Shown one piece after another: positions 49,344 to 55,658 of a stretch of DNA of 55,658 nucleotides. This DNA is from a virus (taxonomy: Duplodnaviria; Caudoviricetes), in the IMG/VR virus record IMGVR_UViG_3300009304_000001, positions 1 to 55,658 of that record; one strand, written 5' to 3'. A model generated the notes under the pieces. It was not told where the DNA came from. It was given only the letters and a program-made list of their open reading frames with translations, and searched no databases. The position numbers and the translations under genes are program-made. The stretch's first letter is position 1. Every line of letters starts with the position of its first letter.

Positions 49344-51854
49344 GTGATAATGCCGACAGAAAAGATAAATTACACAGACCCGCTACGTGTGGGTACTGAT
49401 AAAATAAATAAAGCCATTGAAGATGTTAATACGTTTCAGAAACAAATTGACGATATCGACGTCGAAGTCGGTGAGGATGCAGTTGGCAACGAAAACTTGA
49501 AAAAGAAAGCAGTCAAGCCTGTAAACACTACCTTTTTTACGCAAACTAAAAATTTGTTTAACGGGGAGTATGACAATGTAAAATTGAGTGGCGGGGCTGA
49601 CTATCTATTCGCGTCTAAACCGGATGCATCTGCACCAGAGAGAACCGGCATAATCCCAATAAACTCCGGCACCACTTATACAGTTACAGTATTCGATGAA
49701 GAGTTATCTGATGCGCTTCGGATTGCGGGGTCATCTAATCTGCCGAGCGAAGAGGACTATAACGCTAACGGTCAGTATCTCCTTGACACTTTCGTAACAG
49801 CACAAGGCTCCACTGGTTTAAAGACACACACTTTCACGAGTTCAGCAACTGATAACTTTCTTTTTGTTTTAGTGTCAACCGAAGGAAAAGCGCCCCGTTT
49901 ACAAGTTGAAGAAGGGGGAGCCTCCTCAGAGTATAGTGATCCGTACTACTTTGACTCCAAGTACATCAAAGGTATTGGAAATTTAGAGGACGCAAACGTA
50001 TCCGATGTAAAAAACAAAGCTTTTGAAACAGTAAAAGAAAGACTTGACGACAGCGAAGAGGAGTTTGCAGATTTCGCAGATTTTAAAATAACTAATTTAA
50101 TCAAGAACGGTGACTTTAATAAAGGTGTAAACGAGTGGGTAAATTTAATGGGAGTGACGGTAGAGGACAGTAAAGCGAAAATATCTATTGCATCAGGGAT
50201 TTCTCTACAGCAACCCGTTAATTTAGTAGTTGGGCACAAATATTACGTCAGCTTGCTGCATCAAGCGGTTGCTGTCGAGCGTGGAATACACCTAACTTTA
50301 CGAAATGCATCAACGCTTATAAACCCCGCATTGCTATCTTTACCTAGCGGCTCAACGGGTGAGTCAAAGCACAGCATCATATTTGATGTTAGTGCAACCG
50401 CAACCTCTATAGGATTTTCAAGAGAGGGTACATCAACAACGGGACATCACACCGTGGATAATGTAATATTGATTGACTTAACAGAAGCTTTCGGTGCGGG
50501 TAACGAACCTAAGACTCTTGGCGTCATTGAAGACCTAGTCAATATCTACAACGGTTATTTTAACGATACTAAGACGTTGGGGAATAAGGGGTTTTCGAAT
50601 TACCTTTTAAACAGGACGCAAGATATTCAAGTTGATTCACACAAGAGTATTTATGAAGAGTTGCGAGGAAACATATATCAACGTGACTTTCGTGTGGAAA
50701 AGTTATTTAAAAGAAGTGACGCGACGGTTGCTATAGGTGATGCAACTTTAACTGACGTAACAAGTACGGAATACCTAAAAAACAACACAAGCGCTTTAAA
50801 AATGACTGTGAATAGTCCGGTTAATATAAGGTTGGATTTCCCTTTGGCGAAGCCTATTAACTTGTATAGACGGACGTTTGGTTTAAATTTCTATCTCCCG
50901 ACGGAATCAGGACTAACTCCAAGAACAGCTAAATTCAACATGTTAGCGGTTTATTTAACTACACCGGGCGGAGAGTATATCATTTATCCGGAGCAGGGAG
51001 CGCGTAGATACCCCGGGTGGAACGTAATTACTGGAAGTCCTTTTGCATCCAACTCGTCCAGTACGGCAACCGAAGAAGATTTGAAGACGGTAACTAAAAT
51101 ACGCATAAGCTTAAACGCCAACCCCGCCGTCACGGAACCCTATGATATATACTTTGACTCTTTGACGTCGTGGGACGAGATACGCACACCGACAGTCCGT
51201 TTAGAGTTTGATGATGCTTTAACTTCTGTATATCAAAATGCTTTTCCTTTAATGGCGGAAAGAGGGATGCGCGGTGCAACGCATGTAATAACAAAGAGCG
51301 TTGCGAATCCAGAGCCTCTTGTGTATGCATTGCCTAATCAACTTATGAGAATGCACGATGTCGGATGGGATATATGTTCGCATACAGTCAATCACCCCTA
51401 CCTTTCAGAAATAACGTTAGAAGAAGCTAAGTTTGAACTAGAACAATCTCAAAAGGATTTACTTAATATGGGGGTCAGAAACGGCGCTCAATTCTTTATC
51501 TCGCCTTACGGTGATAACACGATAGAGGTAGTAGAACACGCTAAAAAGTTTTACGCCAATTATCGCATGACAGGATACAGGCACGCAGGTACAGGCGTTA
51601 TGCCAGAAGACCCTTACGGAATGGATGCTATAAATGCCGGGAGTAGAGGCTTGGATGGCGTCATCTCATTAATTGATAAGGCGGTGGAGTTTGGCGGACA
51701 CTTACCTTTGATGTGGCATGGTGAAATCGGAGAAACATGGGGTGGTATCCGTTGGGAAACTGGAGAATACAAGGATATGCTCGATTATTTAATTGAGCAA
51801 AATGTAAAAGTCGTAACGTATAGTGATCAGTTTCCGGGAACGCAGATTAGGTGA
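49344..51854 (+). CDS. Putative virion adsorption protein with carbohydrate-binding-like modules and C-terminal CE4/NodB polysaccharide deacetylase
   Basis: NLIKNGDF; VRLEFDDA, DICSHTVNH, FISPYG, LMWHG. Confidence 0.75.
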   Translation: MIMPTEKINYTDPLRVGTDKINKAIEDVNTFQKQIDDIDVEVGEDAVGNENLKKKAVKPVNTTFFTQTKNLFNGEYDNVKLSGGADYLFASKPDASAPERTGIIPINSGTTYTVTVFDEELSDALRIAGSSNLPSEEDYNANGQYLLDTFVTAQGSTGLKTHTFTSSATDNFLFVLVSTEGKAPRLQVEEGGASSEYSDPYYFDSKYIKGIGNLEDANVSDVKNKAFETVKERLDDSEEEFADFADFKITNLIKNGDFNKGVNEWVNLMGVTVEDSKAKISIASGISLQQPVNLVVGHKYYVSLLHQAVAVERGIHLTLRNASTLINPALLSLPSGSTGESKHSIIFDVSATATSIGFSREGTSTTGHHTVDNVILIDLTEAFGAGNEPKTLGVIEDLVNIYNGYFNDTKTLGNKGFSNYLLNRTQDIQVDSHKSIYEELRGNIYQRDFRVEKLFKRSDATVAIGDATLTDVTSTEYLKNNTSALKMTVNSPVNIRLDFPLAKPINLYRRTFGLNFYLPTESGLTPRTAKFNMLAVYLTTPGGEYIIYPEQGARRYPGWNVITGSPFASNSSSTATEEDLKTVTKIRISLNANPAVTEPYDIYFDSLTSWDEIRTPTVRLEFDDALTSVYQNAFPLMAERGMRGATHVITKSVANPEPLVYALPNQLMRMHDVGWDICSHTVNHPYLSEITLEEAKFELEQSQKDLLNMGVRNGAQFFISPYGDNTIEVVEHAKKFYANYRMTGYRHAGTGVMPEDPYGMDAINAGSRGLDGVISLIDKAVEFGGHLPLMWHGEIGETWGGIRWETGEYKDMLDYLIEQNVKVVTYSDQFPGTQIR

Positions 51855-51933
51855 AATCAAATCGAGTTGAAAGTCGAGACCAATTGAGGTCTATTTTTTA
51901 TGACTTAAATAAGTATTATTAGGAGGGTTGCTA

Positions 51934-52086
51934 ATGAACAAGAAACCAAACGCAGTGTCGGAAAAAGTGCTGTCTTATAAAGATCTTACGGATATGGCGA
52001 GAATCAGCATACCTATTTTCTCCATCACACACACCCATAGATGGTCTGATGGTCAAGTTATTAAGAAGGTTCATAACGTGAATTGA
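51934..52086 (+). CDS. 50-aa hypothetical protein
   Basis: AGGAGG RBS; MNKKPNAVSEKVLSYKD... Confidence 0.5.
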   Translation: MNKKPNAVSEKVLSYKDLTDMARISIPIFSITHTHRWSDGQVIKKVHNVN

Positions 52087-52135
52087 TTATCAGTAGGGGA
52101 AGTGGAGGGATAACGCAAAAAAAGAAAGCGAATGA

Positions 52136-53368
52136 TTAAACTACATTCGCTTTCTTTCTGTGTTTGTAAAATAAGCCGACCGCCATAATCAAAATCAAGA
52201 AAATGAAAACTCCTGCTCTTTGTCTTGTGGAGTCGCCACCGTATTCGTACCCTAAAACAGTAGCATGCACAAGTATCGGAATGATGAACACCCACATTTT
52301 CGACCTGAGTTCTTTGTCTTTAAAAAACTTAATTAAAAATAAGAGAATTGAGAAAGAAAGTAGTAAAAAGACTACTGAGTCAAAAAGCAAGATGGTGTAT
52401 GTGCTGTAATCCAAGATTACGTTCCAAGGCAACGGGGCGAAGAAGAATTTAGATAGAGTTTTACCTAGCGTTACTAATACTCCAAACTCTAGCATGCCTT
52501 TCCCGTATGCCATAGATTTATCGAAATATATGGAAACAGAAGGCATGGCGAGGATTGCAATAAAGAATAAACTAACACCGGCTATGCTTAAAAACTTAAA
52601 CAACTTGCTTGTTTTTTTACGACTGATAAAAACCATTTCAAAAAGGACGGCTAATAAGAATGCGAAACCTGCATAGATTCGAACAGTAAATAACGCGAGA
52701 CTTAGTAGTATTGCTATGTATGGCCGCTGTTTAACTCTTAAAAAGTAAATAATCAATGCGCCTAAAAAGATAACAGTAGAATCTTTTAATATGAAACTAC
52801 CAAAAAGAGTTAGATTCAAACTCAGGGAACTGAAAACCAAAGTGAAAAGTGCTATCCTTTTGCCAAAGTCCATAAGGAAGACCTTATATAAAAGCACTAT
52901 GGATATGGAAATCAAAAGGGTATTAAAAAATAATATCGATTCGGGAGTTCCGACAAGAAAATAAGGAATTAACATGGAATAATAATGCCCGACATGAAGA
53001 GTACTGGCAACGACTTGGATATTTGATATGCTGAAATCTCCAGCAGATATCAAATTATTCAAATGTAATAAGTAGTTATGGCTATCAGGAAAAATGATAA
53101 TGTCGTTTCCTAACGAATAGGCGTACAAAATAACCAGTTTCGACAAAAAAACAACAAAAGAAAAAACTTTCACCTTAACGTCTATCTTAAAATTATAAAT
53201 GAACATTAAAAATATAAGAGTCAGTGTTATTAAGAAAGTAGTTTCTCTGATCCCTGTAGTCGTGGAGGTAAAGAGAATCCACATCAAAATAGTTAAAGTA
53301 AGTACGTAAAAAAAGATAACTGCTAGGTTTAGATTTATTTTATTATTACCGCGTATGGCTTGTTGCAT
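52136..53368 (-). CDS. Polytopic membrane protein, Wzy polymerase / GT-C-like (~410 aa)
   Basis: About 10-11 hydrophobic segments; PDSHNY loop, ILKDS, VRIY, FFAPLPW, TRQR; own sigma-A promoter TTGCTA-N16-TATAAT (53415-53388). Confidence 0.6.
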   Translation of the reverse strand: MQQAIRGNNKINLNLAVIFFYVLTLTILMWILFTSTTTGIRETTFLITLTLIFLMFIYNFKIDVKVKVFSFVVFLSKLVILYAYSLGNDIIIFPDSHNYLLHLNNLISAGDFSISNIQVVASTLHVGHYYSMLIPYFLVGTPESILFFNTLLISISIVLLYKVFLMDFGKRIALFTLVFSSLSLNLTLFGSFILKDSTVIFLGALIIYFLRVKQRPYIAILLSLALFTVRIYAGFAFLLAVLFEMVFISRKKTSKLFKFLSIAGVSLFFIAILAMPSVSIYFDKSMAYGKGMLEFGVLVTLGKTLSKFFFAPLPWNVILDYSTYTILLFDSVVFLLLSFSILLFLIKFFKDKELRSKMWVFIIPILVHATVLGYEYGGDSTRQRAGVFIFLILIMAVGLFYKHRKKANVV

Positions 53369-53507
53369 ACCGCACCCCCTTTCAACGATTATACCCGAAG
53401 GGGAAATATTAGCAATGGAGCAAAACATTTTTTGGTGGTGATTCGTCGCAGTTGGAACATAATGTTGATTAGTACAATATGCAAGTAATTTAATAATATC
53501 TAACCAA

Positions 53508-53533
53508 GAACATCCATAATGGGTGCTCTTTTT
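53508..53533 (+). terminator. Intrinsic terminator (same family as 10702)
   Basis: GAACATCC-ataat-GGGTGCTC followed by T run. Confidence 0.65.
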
Positions 53534-53554
53534 GTATTGAAAGGAGTTGATAGT

Positions 53555-55658
53555 TTGCATCCTCAAGTACTAGACCTAAACAACAACTTAATTGCAATTC
53601 TAGATAAAGCACATAAAATCGGCTACACGAAAATTAAAAACAACCTGTGGACCTGTCAATTTACAATGCCGATAAACGACAAGAAAAACGAACACATTAA
53701 TCCAAAGTTTCACATTGATTTATACGACCACGACAGAAGAATTGGAAGGTTTATTGTCAATCCGAAACGCACGTTTAAAACAGAATCCACAAATGAAATC
53801 ACCTACCATTGCGAGCACGTTTTGAGTTTATTACACTCAGACGTGCTTTTTGGTTACCATCAATGGTCGAATTTTACAACAGTACGGGTGCTTACGGATT
53901 TATTTAAAGAGCAAGAAATCAAACATTGGAAACTTGGCGAGGTAGCGTTCACTCGTTATTTCCATTACGGCTGGGAAAACGATGACAGTCTTCTAAACGC
54001 TATCATGAGCGTGCCTAATTATTTCGACGTTCCATTTATGTGGACTTGGGATGATTCTTCATATCCATTTACACTTAATCTAGTTGAACCATCTAACGTG
54101 CCAGTGGATGTTATAGCAAGCGGTAAAAATCTAAAGGGAATCGAAGTAGAAGAGGACCCAACAAATATCGTGACACGAATTTATCCACTCGGGTTTGGCG
54201 AGGGAGTTAACCAGTTAAACATTAAGAAGATTAACGGCGGTAAACCCTACCTACAAGATAATGCAGCGGTTGCCGCATATGGCATTCACAAGCGTATTTG
54301 GGTGGATTTGAGATTCGAAGATGTTGAGTCTCTTAAAGCAAGTGGACAAGCGATACTCGACAAGTATAAACAACCCTTAAAATCGATTGCGATTGATTGT
54401 CGAGATTATACGTTGTTCGAGCGTAAAAGAAAACGGGAGCTTATGGCCGAGTATGATGTGGGTGACGTTTTACTCGTTCACGATCAAGACTTGAATATAA
54501 ATGAAGAAATCCGACTGGAGAAAATAGTCAAGAGTGATATTTACGGCGCACCACAAGATATTCAGTTGGAGTTAGGTCATGTATTCGATGATATTTCTAC
54601 AACGTTCACGGATATGCAAAAGAAACAATTGGTGAATGATACTTATTCGCAAGGTGCAACAAATATCGATAGCCATAGTTTTGCTGACAACTGTGATGCA
54701 AATTACCCGGCAATCATACGCTTCCCGATTCCAGACGATGTGGTCAATATTAATGAAATGTCATTAACGTTTGAGACTACCAATTATCGTGCTTATTCCA
54801 AGGCGATTGAGGGCGGTGGTGCCATTGTTAGTTCAACAGCAAGCGGTGGATCAACAACGCAAACATCTAGTGCAGGTGGAGCGACAACTCAAACATCAAG
54901 CGCAGGTGGAGCGACAACACGCACATCAAGTAGTGGAGGGGGCACTACGGCAACTAGTACAAGCGGTGGGGGTGTGGCTAAGTCTACAGCTTCTGGTGGA
55001 GGTAGTTCACAAACTTCCAGCAGTGGGGGCAGTAGTTCACCGACATCTTCGGCGGGTGGCGATCATCGTCACGTCATGTTTATGCCTTTCGGTACAGGGG
55101 AACTGGCGGCACCTGAAAGGATTCTCCAAGCGGTCGGCGGTAATATAGGTGTTAAAACAGACGCCACTTCATTGTCAACGTATGGTTCTAGTGGGAATCA
55201 CTCGCATAACGTATCAGTCCCAAGTCATACGCACAGCGTAACTATCCCGGCACATTCACATAGCTTCGATGTTCCGAATCATAGCCACGGGGTCACTATC
55301 CCGAATCATACACACGATACGGTTATACCGTCACATACACACGATACGGTCATACCATCTCACACGCATGAAACGGTCATACCTGCACATACGCACGAAA
55401 TAACGCTACCCGATCATATTCACGAAATTAAACATGGGATTTACGAATTTGGCACATTACCATCATCAGTACAAATAACAGTGGACGGTGTAGTTGTCCC
55501 ATTGACGGCTTTAAGTGGTGATCGTATTGATTTGATACCTTATCTTCAAAAGGATTCAAGCGGTAAAATTCAACGCGGAAGGTACGCTGAAATCATCGTC
55601 AAGCCTAATAATCTTGCGCGAATCAATGCGACAGTGTCCAGTAGGCTATTCATCCAGT
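53555..55658 (+). CDS. Tal / tail spike type B with Gly/Ser/Thr and His-x-His repeat insertion (3' end cut by window; absent from ORF track)
   Basis: AAGGAG RBS, TTG start MHPQVLDLNN...; GKNLKGIE, IVTRIYPLGFGEGVNQL; in frame at all points translated. Confidence 0.85.
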   Translation, partial: MHPQVLDLNNNLIAILDKAHKIGYTKIKNNLWTCQFTMPINDKKNEHINPKFHIDLYDHDRRIGRFIVNPKRTFKTESTNEITYHCEHVLSLLHSDVLFGYHQWSNFTTVRVLTDLFKEQEIKHWKLGEVAFTRYFHYGWENDDSLLNAIMSVPNYFDVPFMWTWDDSSYPFTLNLVEPSNVPVDVIASGKNLKGIEVEEDPTNIVTRIYPLGFGEGVNQLNIKKINGGKPYLQDNAAVAAYGIHKRIWVDLRFEDVESLKASGQAILDKYKQPLKSIAIDCRDYTLFERKRKRELMAEYDVGDVLLVHDQDLNINEEIRLEKIVKSDIYGAPQDIQLELGHVFDDISTTFTDMQKKQLVNDTYSQGATNIDSHSFADNCDANYPAIIRFPIPDDVVNINEMSLTFETTNYRAYSKAIEGGGAIVSSTASGGSTTQTSSAGGATTQTSSAGGATTRTSSSGGGTTATSTSGGGVAKSTASGGGSSQTSSSGGSSSPTSSAGGDHRHVMFMPFGTGELAAPERILQAVGGNIGVKTDATSLSTYGSSGNHSHNVSVPSHTHSVTIPAHSHSFDVPNHSHGVTIPNHTHDTVIPSHTHDTVIPSHTHETVIPAHTHEITLPDHIHEIKHGIYEFGTLPSSVQITVDGVVVPLTALSGDRIDLIPYLQKDSSGKIQRGRYAEIIVKPNNLARINATVSSRLFIQ

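Larger units (their letters stand above)
19935..55658 (+). mobile_element. Prophage B, from att through integrase, early, head and tail genes; runs off the window end
   Basis: Complete int-cI-cro-replication-rinA-terS-terL-portal-protease-capsid-tail order. Confidence 0.9.

Noticed and set aside
53369-53566. N-terminal 66 aa of the 476-aa ORF call
   Set aside because: RBS and sigma-A promoter place the real start at 53368; the extension overlaps the terminator and the Tal start
54771-55148. 125-aa plus-strand ORF from the track
   Set aside because: Alternative-frame shadow of the Tal gene starting at 53555
54830-55430. CRISPR array or DGR repeat
   Set aside because: 27- and 30-bp periodicity is in-frame protein repeat coding; no spacers, cas genes or reverse transcriptase seen

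Overview
Two related but distinct temperate siphovirus prophages of a Bacillales-type host lie in tandem. They are joined at an attP-like junction (~19.8-20.0 kb) whose core is the 3' end of tmRNA (ssrA). Bases 1-19.95 kb are the right part of prophage A: tail, adsorption module, morons, lysis, a 1466-bp tandem duplication and a CmdTAC-like toxin-antitoxin-chaperone operon. Bases 19.95-55.66 kb are most of prophage B: integrase, CI/Cro switch, replication, sigma factor, RinA, HNH/terminase, HK97-type head and tail. The tail genes of A and B are near-identical up to the 3' end of the tape measure gene and then switch to different adsorption modules. Main observations: (1) in both phages the slot between Dit and Tal pairs a putative virion surface-polymer hydrolase with a host-surface-polymer synthesis or modification gene (M14 peptidase + ATP-grasp ligase in A; CE4 deacetylase + Wzy/GT-C-like membrane protein in B); (2) a ~570-nt highly base-paired non-coding RNA (ROOL/GOLLD-like) heads the late operon; (3) an ART-antitoxin-SecB operon; (4) sigma-H-type moron promoters sit inside anti-Shine-Dalgarno hairpins; (5) the major tail protein carries a Prp cleavage motif; (6) Tal of B has a His-x-His needle insertion. 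All calls come from reading the sequence by eye; no searches were run.
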